DNA from: Laetmonice hystrix
Taxonomy: Eukaryota
Assembly: GCA_965235115.1 (NCBI GenBank)
Contig: OZ249436.1
Coordinates: 48,424,001 to 48,488,000 of the forward strand
Length of the DNA: 64,000 nucleotides
Direction of reading: 5' to 3'
The translations under genes and the position numbers were made by a program. Below are positions 49,561-62,233 of the stretch, piece after piece. Within the stretch, counting starts at the first letter, position 1. Every line of letters begins with the position of its first letter. The notes beneath the pieces are model-generated. The model made no database searches. It was not told the origin of the DNA and saw only the letters and a list, made by a program, of their open reading frames with translations.

Positions 49561-52061
49561 ATGTCAGCCTCCATGACCATGGGCATGGCAGGAATGATGA
49601 GGCCACAACTGATGGTCAGTCTTTGTCGGCAGAGCAGGCTGGGGACTCTGCACGGGTTAAGGCACACGGTGGTACTCGCAGCAAGGAGCCAGTCAACTGT
49701 TCCCGCCGTAGAGCAGATCTCGGAGGAGGTAGAGTACCCGCCGGTGAAGCCCAAGTTTCCCCCGGGAAGGTGGAGTCCACACACGCCTAAACGGGCGTGG
49801 CTCATCTACAATGAAGGACAGCAACTGCTGCAGATACCGACCGTCAAGCACAGACTGGAGAAGTTGGCGGGGCCGTGGGACAGGACCACAAAGCCGGTGT
49901 TTTATGACATGCGCTTTCAGAGCGTCGTGCCAGGGACCTTGCCATTGAACCAGTACGCGACAAAGACCCATATCGCTCCCGGCTTACCCCCGGTGTATGA
50001 CCGGCTAAATGCCGACCCCCGGCTCGGACAGGCATTTGATCGGTTGAGGCCGCTGCTACTCGAGGCAGTACAGGAAGAGCAGTATCGGCTCCCAATCATA
50101 ACCGGCAAAGACCGTTCAAAACTGACAACAGTTTCTCAACTTTCTGCCCAATCCATGAAAGTACGTCGAATGGTGGCCCGATTACTGAACATTATATTGG
50201 CCGGACTTTCTGCTGATTTTCCACATTTACTCCGTTCGCAGTTTGATGAGAGTGCACGAGTTGAGACATTCTGGCGACGAACAGGCTATGAAAGGGATTG
50301 TGAAAAATGTGTGCATGGAATCTTCTGGCAGAATTGCATTAATTTTCAAACAAAGTATATTGCAGATTACCAAGTTCGGACGGAAGTTCCTCTACCAGAG
50401 GTAGTTAACTACAGCAGTATAATGTGAATTAAGAATAATAATCATGGTAGAAATGTTGACCAGCAACTCACATAATCAATCCAGGCTATCTGTAGCTCAT
50501 TCAGTCTTTTCTTAATATAATGTACTTTTTATAAATCAGGGACTAAACTTAGAAGACATAAGTTTTACAAGCTTATTGTTGCCATTCTCAAGAGAATGCC
50601 CAGGGGCCAGTTTTACTAAAGGTCCTTATTTAAGGACGTCGCTAATTTAACATAGAAGTGAATGGGTTGCTAGGTCCAAAATAACGACCTAGCAACCATT
50701 CACTTCTATGTTAAATTAGCGACGTCCTTAAATAAGGACCTTTAGTAAAACTGGCCCCTGATGCCTAATTTATTGATGGTGCAAGTCCATGTGGTTGATG
50801 TGCAAGTTTTTTTTATATATTACATTAATTAAAACTTGAATTTCTTCTGTAGTCTGGTGGGTCATCTAGCTGTATAACAGTATTTTTTAATTTGGACAAT
50901 ATTGTTCACTGCAGTTTGTACCCCTGGAAGATCCAGTCTGTCAGGAAGGAGAGGTCCCCGATGTAAGGTACTCGCCTCGTGTTAGTGGCTGTAAGATAGC
51001 CAGGGATCGGCCACTCTCAGTCTCAGGCAAGTCTCTTCCAAATATTTCATATTTCAAAGTATGATCCCTCAAGGATGATCGCAGATAAACTAAAGTTTTT
51101 GCAAGAGTTATGAAGATTTTCTTGCATGTTCACTGACCAACAAATGTGAAGCAGTGTAAGATACGGCAAGCAGGGCTGTCAAAAACTGTTTTGAAGTGTT
51201 TGGACATGGGCCATAAGAAATGTTGATTATGGTTTCAGGTCACTGGATTGGGGACCCCTGCGAGTTTGGACACCTTTCTGTGAATATGATGAAGTACCCA
51301 GAGGAATGGAAGGAGAAAGGATACCTGGATGAAGAAAGTCTGGCTTGGGCTGTTATTGGTGGATTTGGTTGGACAGCTTCTCAGGCTTACAACCAGGGTG
51401 AGTAGTTGATAATCTGACTGTTAATGGGAAAGCTTGGATTAGGCTGTTATTGGTGGAGTTGTTTGGACAGCTGATCAGAATTACAGATTTTCCTTGTCAG
51501 TTGTCTGATCAAAAAAATATGAATGTAAATGTCTCATACACAAAACAAAATCAAAAAAGTCAAGTGTATTTTCTTTGTATTTTTAATATGAATTTATTGT
51601 TTTTGATTCTTGCTATAAGCCATGTAATAAACTCACTATGGTAAAAAATTTTTGCAGGTTTTAACACCTACCATGACGTCACATACCCGTTCACATCACA
51701 GCTGGTACTGACAGACGGCCAGTGGTTTCGATTCTTTTCCTACCAGTTGAACACCCTGCACCTCTGGAAAGATGATGAAGGAAATCCCCTCCGCAACATC
51801 CTGTGGGCCTCCCCACGTCTGTCACTTTTTGATGTCATTGAAGATGGACAGGTGAAAGGTCTGAATGATGACGTCTTGAAACACCTGGTCAGGTGTCTGA
51901 TGTTGGAACCTGAGGATAGAGGTATGAATCTCCGACCCTATCTCTCAGAGGAGGAAGCACCAGTTGCCATAAACAGATACATTAATGACAAGGACACGCC
52001 CCACCTGTCTTATCATAAACTAGGGAGATATGAATTGCCCAGATATTCAGTGTACTTCTGA
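49561..52061 (+). CDS. MRPS30: Mitochondrial ribosomal protein mL65 (MRPS30/PDCD9 family), 4 exons
   Basis: Exons 49561-50400, 50915-51026, 51239-51397 and 51658-52061; N-terminal presequence-like segment; motifs YPPVKP, QYATKT, RVETFW, GDPCEFG, AWAVIGGFGWTASQAYNQGF, DVTYPFTSQLVLTDGQWFRFFSYQLNTL. Exact start Met uncertain. Confidence 0.92.
50601..50760. mobile_element. Young near-perfect palindromic MITE with 5-bp TSD (ATGCC)
   Basis: About 75-bp arms matching except for one indel, 9-nt loop, atgcc on both flanks; lies in MRPS30 intron 1. Confidence 0.92.
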
Positions 52062-53064
52062 GCAGTCCCTAGGATTATCAGTGAAAGTGGCAGACATGCT
52101 TGAAATGGTGAGGATGCAGTTTAATAAATAGAGTGACGGATAATGTAGACAATGGTAAATGTACCCATGCAGTCACAGAATTGTTTACAAGTCAAACATC
52201 TTCCTTGTTTAGCATTGAAAGGATTATGGGAAAGTAAAAGTACTGAAACTCCAGATCTGTAATCTTGGCGTTATAATACATGCTTACAAATTAAAACACC
52301 TCTTTTTGTAGTTGTTTTCAGCAATTGTTTCATGCATGTGGCAATGGGACTTCAAAGTTTTATATTAAACAGTGGTCAGAGAAAAATGTCAAGTATAACA
52401 ACTTGTTGCCCCGTGTCCTGCTCCAACACCAAGTTGGCTCTTCCATGGCCTCTTACCTTTTACTATCCCGATGACTTGTACTGGCATTTAGGAACCCAAT
52501 TCTATTGAAATGCTATTGCCTTGAATGTCTTGGCTATAAACGCGAGTTTTGGGATTTACATATTCAGTCTAAAAATGAGCTAGAAATTGAGATTCCGTTC
52601 ATCCACTGTTCAATAGTATTCTATTTTTCTTTGGTCAATATATTTTATCGCCCTCTCCTAGTTGTTACAGCGACAATTATAAAATGATAAGGGCAAAACC
52701 ACTGACCAAGTCTTGGTATTTCTCTGTAATAAATAAGCAAACGAGATAAATGATAGTATCATGACCAGAAGTGAAACTCTGGCTTTTAAAATTTATTCTT
52801 TGAAACACACTTCAGATTTCAATGTCAAATTATTCAGAAGTTCTTGTAGACTGTCACCAGCAAACCTATATCTAGCTTCTAGCTACCACCACAGATCTTC
52901 AGCATTTATATTACATTTAGCTTTCCTTAATCTGTGATGAATGCTGGATGCAAAATAATTGGGAGACGCACATAAAGTACGCTGATTTCTCATACAACCA
53001 CTCTTTCCTCTTGCACTCTTCGCTTTCTCACTACTAAAAAATTTCTGTCTCCTGATGGATTTTT

Positions 53065-56000
53065 TCAATCAGCAGAAAAGTTTGTTCTTAGAGGCATGAT
53101 GTTGATGTTAATGTCACGTGATGTCTCTGATCGGAGCGTGCTCACGGCATGTCCGAGTTGTAGAGCTGCTCCGGGGTGAGCATTGCCTGGCAACAATGTA
53201 CACTCCCGCTCAAGTAGTTCAGACACTTTTTCCAAAACTTCCAAAAATCCAAAGGACAGTGCTGCCTTCCTCAGTCTGTTTAACTCCTGAAAAGTTGAAA
53301 AATGTTAAATGGCTGCTATTACTAGCACCAGTGTGACGTGAATAATCTATTATCTACTGTTGAGTTGGCCAAGTCCATTATTTGTACAATTACTTTTGGA
53401 CTTTTCACTGTGTACTGACTCGGAAATAACACCGGACCTTTTTTACTTTTTCGTTTCTTTTCAAAATAAAGTTCCAAACGCACCCTAACAAAACATTGTC
53501 GTTCAACAACAGATCTACCAACATCATCTTGACACAGTGGAAGAGACTTATACATATTATATCATGCTTATTTTGATATACATCTACACATTTACACATC
53601 CCTACCTTGTAGAAATGTTGCTGCTTTTCAGGAAGTTTCCTTGCATGTCTCAAAATTTTCTGGATGTCGGCCTGCAAATATGTGTAATTTGAGTAATCAT
53701 TGCATTTTCTATAGGCTTTTGTAAGTTGATCAGGAGCCTTAGACCTCGGTGGAGAGGGCATAATAAGATAGAATGTAACGACGGTAGTGAACGCGACAGC
53801 ATATACCATGGCCCACAAGTTTTTTTGCTGAATCCGTACACCACAAGAGGCCATAGCCACAGGCCTCCAATGGTATGGATCCAGCCAAACATGAGTGGAA
53901 CATGGTGCCTTCCCGTACAATACTCGAGTTACATTCTACCTTTGTACCACAATCCAATCCACTTTTGTAGAGTAACTTAGGCTAACCTATAGTATAATGC
54001 CCCGATAACGTAATTCCTGTCATAGCCCTATGTGTAAGAAGGTTTGTGATTGGCTATAGGGGTGCACGTCATCCAATCAGAAGTGAAGTTACTTTTCTAA
54101 AATTAGGTCAACCCGGGTGCATGAGAAACTTTATACCATGACCGTGTGTCACCAGATTCTGTGGTATACAAGCACCAATTATACTATCATTTCTTACCCA
54201 AACCATCAATCTTCTTTTAGTAACAGGGGAATCAGAAAGTATTTAAAGTCAAGGCATCTAATCCTGGAGACAAATGTAGCTTTGTCTGATTCAAAAATGG
54301 TTTTATATCAAAAGATATGAAAACAAACTCATATTTATGTTCTACACTTTTCATTGCTCTTGCTTCCGTTCCCTAAACTGCCAGCTGATAGGAGCTGGTT
54401 GTCTTTGTACCATGACGAGCTATAGATGTGTCTACCTGTAGTCCACTAGCTTTGATCCAGACCACACAATTCTGGGCGTAACTGCGGCGGTCCATTGGTC
54501 GAACTGGGAATGGAGTCTTGTTGTCATCCACCCCGTATGGAGGGTCAGCAAAGTCTCCCACTGGAGCAAGATTCTTAATGTTTCCTAACCACGGAACAAC
54601 GTCTGTGCCTGAATAAGCAGAAATAATGGAATCTGATATCTTTATCCTTCCCAAGATCGCATTGCAAGAAGATGAAAGGTTCCAATTTAGGCTAGATGCA
54701 GGAGGGCCTCCGGATAGTCCACCTACCTGGGGTGAAGATTGATAACATCAAGTTTGATTTCTTCTTGCTGTCAGCCCAGGAGTACATAATACCAAACCAA
54801 TCCGCTCTTCAAAAAAAAAAGAAGGAATATTGTGAAAGATCACATTTTTATACAATGAATTTTGGTCATTCTAGAATATTTGAGGGATTTGAATTATGAT
54901 CACCCCAGTAGTCCCCTCTCACAAATTTTCTCATATTCTAAGACACACTGTCATCAACAATTCTTGCTCATTTAAATCTATCAATCCAGGGCACCTGGCC
55001 CAGTGAGACTCACGCAAGCTGGATTAGTGCAACCATTCCCTCCACTTTCAGCGACCCATGAAGGAGAACGGTGAATGCTGCAGCTCTGCCTTCATCGTGA
55101 TCCTCTCCTCCCTCTCCATTCTCCCCACCTGCCTCTGTCTCCTTTGGGAGTTTCTCTAAAAGACCACAAGCAAGACAATGTATTTTTGAACAAAAGAAAC
55201 AGATGATTGATGAAGAATGTACTTTGATACAAACCCTCTTATCTCAGCCCACAATATTTTATCATCAAACATTAAATGAGAATCAGTTATGGAGGTGTAC
55301 TTGCTGAATCTTAAAAAAAAAAGAAAAAAAAAACTAACTCTCTAGACTCAACTAGAATATGGTCCTTAAAATTTTCTTAAGTTCAAAAAAAAAAAAGATG
55401 ACATGCCCAGGGCTGAAGGGGCTGTCTGTATAAACCCACCTGGTCCACCATTGGGCAGGACAAGGTGTCGTGAGATACATGGTGGACTGGCCACGTCCCC
55501 TATGTCCAAGAACCCAAATATCTCCATCTCCTTACTGACCTCCTTGTGAATATGCTCAAAGTCATGGTCTCTGTTAACAAAACAGTAATAACATGGAGAT
55601 GCTCGTATTATATCTTTCACCTCCTGAAGGGCGTGGAAAGGATTTGGCACAGGGCATTTCTGCTGCAGAAGGACTCAATTTTTTAGCATTCACAAAATGG
55701 TCTGGTCTAATGAGTCTAGACTTAGACCTAGAGTATTATGCTAGGAAACAGGCAGTGAAAAGGATATTAGACAATACAGTGACGTTTTGTTTCCCCTCTT
55801 TTTGTCCTACAACTATTGTTTTACCTGACCAGAACCTACCTCTTGTATGGAGCTGGAGACGGAAACACAAGGATGGGGCACTGAAGGTGACCACACTGTA
55901 AGAGACCCCGGTATGGTGAAAAATGTTTCTCTGCTAGCTTTAGAAACATGGCTTTCACACTCTTCAAAGATAGTGGTCCATCTGGCAAGAAAACTTCCCC

Positions 56001-57084
56001 TGACTGATTATTCATCCCAATAAGTGTTTCGTACATGGGCAGTGAGGCAGCAAGAGCTGGGTCATCTCGTGGCGAGATGCAAACAATGTGTAGCTTGCTG
56101 TTGAAGGGAAATGGCAGTGGAAACTTGCTGTCTTCCTGATTTTCAACATTTTCCAACGACTGTTTCAGGGAACCATGTCCAACACCTGTGCTTCCATCTG
56201 TTATCAACACCACCTGCAAATCACATTTTCTGTGTAGGCTTTGCCAGTTTGACTGGCAAAACAGGGACCATAACAGAGTAAGAAAGGGCTGTTTTGTCGT
56301 CTAGATTATGTCGATATTTACATAAAGGACATTTGCACTCTTTACTTTTAAGGCATTACAAAAATTGTCTTACTACATGTTTCATACTTGACTTCACAAA
56401 TACATGAACATGACAATAAATAAATCTGGCAGATCTACTTGTAGCTATACACTTGCTCCTCTTTGTCACTACGGGACCAAAACATATTTGAAGCTATATT
56501 GACTTTTGAAAAAATTAGAAGGCAGCTCAAATTCCCTACTTGTGTTTGTGCTGTTGTGCCCCACTCATCCATAACAAGGCTAATGATGCCAGACAGTGCT
56601 GTCTCTATGCAGGTTTTGTCATAGTCCACCACTTTATTCAGGGCAGTCTTTATGGTGTCGTAATCACGACTAAAAGGAGCCAGTAGTTCCCACAGCGATG
56701 AGAAAACAACCTACAATATCAAGCATAGTCATTAACTGTTTGTTTTAACTCTGCTAATAACAGTACTGGTATACTAGTTCTTTTGTTTGCGATACAATAT
56801 ACACCGTACATAGATATCTTTTATGTCTCAAAGTTCCAAACTAACTACAAGATAATCCATTCAAAGAATCTTGAACATGGGAATACTTCCCATCAATCAA
56901 CTTGACAGTAATGGTTACTCACCAGGGACATAAATTCTAACTTTGTATGGGCTGCACAATAGTCCAATAAAGCATTAATGCCATGAATTGCCAGGTGTCT
57001 TCGCTGATATTCCTCTGTGCAGTCAGGAACCACCACTGGTCTTGTCATTGACAAGGATACATCTAGAAGAATGATAGTTGGCAT
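53065..57084 (-). CDS. INTS14: Integrator complex subunit 14 (VWA9), 8 coding exons
   Basis: Exons 57084-56923, 56710-56540, 56213-55840, 55570-55440, 55155-55014, 54806-54436, 53671-53606 and 53286-53065. Motifs MPTIILLDVSLSMTR, VVLITDG, FPLPFPF, RSYAQNCVVWIKASGLQADIQKILRHARKLPEK, ELNRLRKAALSFGF. Confidence 0.95.
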
Positions 57085-57220
57085 GATGGCTGTGTTCACC
57101 TGAAACATAAATTAGAGAAGACTGGACTTATAATTGACTTTAAAAAAAACATTCATTTAAATGGTAGTTGGTACTTGCCAACTTATTTGACCAGCGGCTG
57201 GTTAAATAAGGGAGTTTGAC

Positions 57221-57897
57221 TACCGTAATCTTCCGTGTATAAGCCGCACTTTTTTCCTCCTCAAATTAATCATAAATCAGGGGTGCGGCTTATACATGGC
57301 CACAAGCGTCTGGAGACTTCTACGTCTATGTGGAGACCAAGTCATCCCTAGGTGGCGCCACCAACGCTATTATTACACCCCTAGTGGTGGTATTGCGAAT
57401 AAAGTATTAATGTTATATAGAGAGTTATAGATTTAAAGAAACATATAGAGAGAGATATAGACAGAGAAAGATTCTGGACAAGATCATCATTTGAATGGGA
57501 CAAAGGACAGGCATTTCTGATGGGAACTGCCTGCTTTATACCCACAACCCGGTAATACCCATTGTTTTACGTGTGACTCTTTGCTGACTAAGACAGTGAG
57601 ATGGATTCCCAAAATAAAAGTGGGTCCTATTGTTTTCAATGCCCCGTGAAAGCAACGGCCCGTTTAACAATGGGAGGTGATGGTGGCACCGGCGTCTGGC
57701 CAACGACTTTTCACACTATGGCCAAGCTGGTGAAACACCTAGCTGATACACGTCTCAGCCTGTAGGGTTGATGGTTGGGGCCCAACATTGCTACGACTGG
57801 CGCCAGAAACGTGAATTTTTTTTTTCTCTGACTTTTGCTCTAAAAACGGGGGTGCGGCTTATACATGGCCGCGGCTTGTACACGGAAGATTACGGTA
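57221..57897. mobile_element. pogo/Tc1-mariner-type MITE with TA target duplication
   Basis: TA|ccgtaatcttccgtgtataagccgc ... gcggcttgtacacggaagattacgg|TA; subterminal ggggtgcggcttatacatggcc at both ends. Confidence 0.9.
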
Positions 57898-58551
57898 ACT
57901 ACTGACACCAAGGCTAGCTAAGAGGTTCAGTGAAGGTTAGGGGTAGAGATAGGGTCAGCATCAGCTTTATTTAATTTTCAGAGATTAATTTTCAGAGAGC
58001 ACAGGTGATAGAATGGCTATTCTGACCTTGATTATAATTATTGGACAAATATAACGTCCACACGGTCCAGCTGATTATGAGCAAGTCGGGTCCATAGGCT
58101 CCGTAAGCAATCTGCGGTGCACCGCGTGACCGGGAACTGATATAAGTTAGATCGCTCAGGAGTGGTACCCGAAATGGGTTGCTTCACTCTGTGCCGTCAG
58201 TGTCTGCTTGAACAGGTAGCGCGACCTACTTATGTGGTTCGTTCCGGATCCACTATAGCGGTCAGAAATACGCACACCTGATAAACTGGGTCACCGCTCC
58301 TGGTCTGCTTGTCGCCTGCGCTGCGCTGTATTTGACCAAACAAATTGAGAATTTCACCTACTAAGATAACATCCAACATTTACGTATAGATCTGTTGAAG
58401 TAACCTCTTTTGTGTAGGCCTACTCTCAGCAAGTTTCAGTGCCAAAAGTGGCCTGAAACATTACTTTGAGGCGATGATGCGCGATAGGACCGAGATAGAA
58501 CCCCGGCAGGGTAGCAGTCGCTGCTGCATTTGTACTCAATGGTCAGAGTCC

Positions 58552-58900
58552 GTATCCTATCCTATCCTATCCTCTTCAGTCTTCTTAGGTCGTAGACCTG
58601 TTACTGATCATAACCTTTTCGTTGTTTAGTACTTCCGAGTAGCTTTCGTTAAGTTTGTGGGATGGAAGACATTAGAGTGGATCAGTGGAATATATGTCTT
58701 TACTCCAGTGAGCGTCGAGCCGGTTTTTGAGTGTATTGAGTGTAGGAGCCAGGACCACGTCATCAGGTAATCTGTTCCAGGCATCAACAGCACGGTGGGT
58801 GAAAAACTTCAGGGTTACACTCTTGTTGCATCTAATCTTCTTGAGTTTTAGACTGTTGCCCCTGGTTGATGCTGGATTGTGATCTAGTGTATGGACGTAA
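58552..58900 (-). mobile_element. 5'-truncated CR1/L2-clade LINE 3' end
   Basis: TRGNSLKLKKIRCNKSVTLKFFTHRAVDAWNRLPDDVVLAPTLNTLKNRLDAHW is the typical CR1 ORF2 C-terminus; followed by a short 3'UTR and (GGATA)n tail. Confidence 0.88.
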
Positions 58901-59304
58901 GGACTAGGACTCTGACTTGTTGGAGTAGGGTCTATATTGAGGGGGCGGGGTCCAGCATAAAAAGGGGCAAATCGAGGTGTGCGTGTGTGTGTGTGTGTGT
59001 GGGGGGGGGGGGGTCCGTTGTAAAAAAAAGGACACTTTTGCTTATAAAAAGGAAAATTTCGGAAATTTGAGGGGGGGGGGGGAATCCGGACGTCGCCGGC
59101 ACGCCCCCCCCCCCGGTATGTAAATAACCATCTTTTGTTTTGGTCCACTGCTGCCGTTAAAAAGAAGGAGGTCTACGGGTCGGGTGGGCGATAAAAGGAG
59201 TATTTGGACATGCTTTGTTGATAATAAAAGGTATGACCCAATTAAATCTTTTTAGAGCTTTGATAAAATTATTATATATACACTGAATATGATATACTGA
59301 TACT

Positions 59305-59470
59305 TTACCTGCTTTTTTTCTTTATAGTGGGGCTTCTAATCGAGATGTTTGTGGGCAATGCTAACCGGCATACTGCCAAAGCCCTCTACTGACAAACACT
59401 GGAACTTCAATGGCGACCGGAAGTCTGCTTCACTGTTCTCCCGATAGGCGGCGGAGTGAGCCGTGCATAA
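59305..59470 (-). promoter_or_regulatory. Probable INTS14 promoter/non-coding first exon
   Basis: ccggaagt (ETS) and atggcg motifs at ~59410-59426; - strand donor cag|gtaaag at ~59308; acceptor at ~57100 before the ATG. Confidence 0.5.
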
Positions 59471-60040
59471 CCCGCCACCTAAAACCAGACTGCATTGTAT
59501 GTTGAATTTAAGATTGTGTCACCCTGGCCAAGTATCGTGTGTATCAATAATCAATAACCCATGGGCGCGGATCGGGGCGGGGGGGGGGGGGGGGGCTAAG
59601 GGGGCTCCAGCCCCCCTAAATTCTGGACAATGTTTTTTTCGATTTTTGTCATCCAACTATGATCAAGCGGTGGAGGTCCAATTAGGCCTAGATCTAACTT
59701 AGGGCCTATGTCCTGTTGGGGGGGGGGGGGGGCGAGTCCGAGGGTGTAGAAATCCTATGGGGTAGGCCTAGATGTCCTCGGGGCTATAGTCCTCAGGCTG
59801 GCCTAGTAGGTAGGCTAGATCTATAAGTTCCAGAAGGTAGATGTCCACCAGGGGGTAGGCCTATAGGCCCTAGATATGTGCTAGAATCTGTGCATGCACA
59901 AGCGGCGGACATAGGCTAGGCGCCTACATCTCACAATCCGTATGTAATAGGGCCAACCAGCCCACGATATTATGGCCGCACACTCACTGCAGTCACCATT
60001 AATATAGCTAACGACTGTGGCCTGACACAATGGGTAGACT

Positions 60041-60525
60041 ACGTGAGGTCAAATATGAGAGTTAACTATACGCTTGGATTATCCAGGTGTTTGCTAAAAA
60101 AGACGTATTAAATTAACCCACCCCTTTAATACCAGGCTCCAGTTAACATTTTGACAATACCTAGTTAACATTTTGATAAAACTCAGGTAACACTTTCCTG
60201 ACACATCAGTCACACCTGGTCGCCACTCCTACCATAGGAAATAAGCTTGACTCTGAGTTTTGACCTGTCTCAGGTGTTAACCCACAGGCGGTTAACACTT
60301 TAGATAGGCCTATAGGTTTTCTATTGTATTCTAAAGACCTTACTGAGATTAAGGGGACACCTGAGTTATCTAAGTGTTTACAAGGTGTGTTTTAGGTGTT
60401 AACACGTTGAGACAGTGTTAACTCAGTGTAAACACCCAGGACGAGGTCAAATTTTGGATTAGTATAGAACACTTTCTTAATAGGCCTACCTAGCGTTAAC
60501 ACCCATTTCAATTTGACCTTACCCA
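60041..60525. mobile_element. Degenerate TIR element with internal GTTAAC motifs
   Basis: gtgaggtcaaat..gagttaac / gttaacacc..atttgaccttac; many internal gttaac(a) copies. Confidence 0.5.
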
Positions 60526-60688
60526 ATGCCGTCTCCCAGAATTATGCCTTTGACACCCTCGGCTTCCCCGTGAAAACCACACTGATTATAGGCTACCTTT
60601 CATGAATTCACCTTGCGCTGTACGGGAGTCACCAGGAATATGTTTTCTAACCCCCTCCCTTTGGTATCCAGAAGAGCCTCGTCAGTGA

Positions 60689-60757
60689 CCAGGGCCGGAT
60701 CCAGGATTCTTAGAAAGGGGGGGGGGCGTAGCCCCCCCCCCCCTGGATCCGGCCCTG
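60689..60757. mobile_element. Minimal 69-bp CAGGGCCGGATCC-family element
   Basis: cagggccggatccagg ... cctggatccggccctg perfect 16-bp TIR. Confidence 0.75.
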
Positions 60758-61304
60758 CAGGGTGACGATGCTAAACTTGTTTGTTTTAGCACCGGCACTG
60801 GCACAAGGCAAAACTTGTACTCTTGTACAAGTTTTTGACGAGTCAATATTTTCAGTGTGTCCTCGTTACCCCCTGCGGTTTGCCCAGAGTCCCGTGCAGG
60901 ATCTATGAGCGTTCATTTCAGCAAATGGGCGCGAATGTGAGCGTGGGTGACGACTGTGCGAGGGCCGAGAGGATCTGGCCCGGAGAGACCCGAGGTTGGC
61001 CGAATGGGCCTCTGCCGTGCCCGTGGGAAAGTTGTTCCTCCCACTGTCTGGATTTAATGCCTACCCGTTGCCGTCATCGTTGGCTTAGCCATTCGACCAC
61101 AACTTGATCGGGATGATCCTATAATATTGGCTAACCAGAAATGCAAGCTATTTTTTTTATTAATCGCGCCTCAGAGAGTGCTGTAATCTGATTGGCCGTC
61201 ACCAAACAAACGGAAAAATAACTAGTGCAGGTGACGCTGCGAAGCAGTTCCCCACAAAAGCAAATAGGCCTACCAATTCCTAAAATCAAACAGACAAGAA
61301 GGTG

Positions 61305-61680
61305 ACAACCGAAGAAAACCATACTACCTCAACAACCTAAGCAAACAGGAAGCAAGAACCATATTTATGACCATCAGAACAAGAATGCTATTAGGTAAAA
61401 CTTAAAAGCCAACTACAAAAACATGCCTCCAAACCAGACATGCAGGGGATGTGGCTCCCAACCCGAAACCCAAACTCACGTCCTGGAGGAATGTACGGCG
61501 ATTCACCTAGATAACCACCTAAAAACCAACACCGACCTAAAAAGACAGCAACCACACGACTAACAATATCCAACACCATCCACAGATGGGAAACAGCGGA
61601 GCCGACCCACCCCAACGGGAACGGCGACCTGGAGAACCAGGATTAATGCAGGAAGAAAAGAAAAGAACAAGAACAACACA
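61305..61680 (+). mobile_element. Degenerate non-LTR retrotransposon 3' end with CCHC zinc knuckle
   Basis: Frameshifted translation YLNNLSKQEARTIF..RTRML..LKANYKN..CRGCGSQPETQTHVLEECTAIH followed by an A-rich (aagaa/aagaac)n tail. Confidence 0.7.
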
Positions 61681-62121
61681 GTGTTACGAAAGAACTACAC
61701 CAAAAAAATAACGCATGCGGAAGAAACAGAACTGACTAAAGTAGGCCAGTTTGAGTGTTTGGATTGCAGAGCGTGCTCGTAGCAATGAATGGTGAGGTTG
61801 TGGCCCATATGCCTACAGACGGACGTGGGACGTATATATGACCTCCTCGGGACCTCACCTGTAGTCATCTCGCAGTTATATTATCTGGTACTCTGGTAGG
61901 TATACCGACGTCAGTATAGGCTTTGTCACCATGTGGCAGTTATATATGCGAATTATGAGTGCGATTAAATTGCGCCATGGTTGAGTGGTCAGGGGAAGTC
62001 CCAACGACGATGACCACCACAGAAATGGTGGCAACCTCTATAGGCATCGCTCGTGTTGGTAGGTCTCGACAGAATCGGTTCGCCTCAGCTGTCTACCGCC
62101 ACTCACCTCATCAACCTCGGG

Positions 62122-62233
62122 GGACTTCAACACCCGGGTTTACACCCCCTTGTTTCGGCCCACCTCGGTATGATGTGACACATCGGTGGACCTCAACACC
62201 CGGGTTTACACCCTCTTGTTTCGGCCCACCTTG
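62122..62233. repeat. Two direct copies of a ~45-bp sequence
   Basis: tcaacacccgggtttacaccc(c/t)cttgtttcggcccacct twice, 66 bp apart. Confidence 0.85.

Noticed and set aside
53672..53920. Apparent TM-containing N-terminal extension in the 171-aa ORF 53405-53920
   Set aside because: Only 53671-53606 is an INTS14 exon; the rest is intron read-through across a small TIR element
58901..59148. N-terminal part of the 158-aa ORF 58672-59148
   Set aside because: Runs through poly-G/(GT)n low-complexity DNA; only the C-terminal part is LINE-derived
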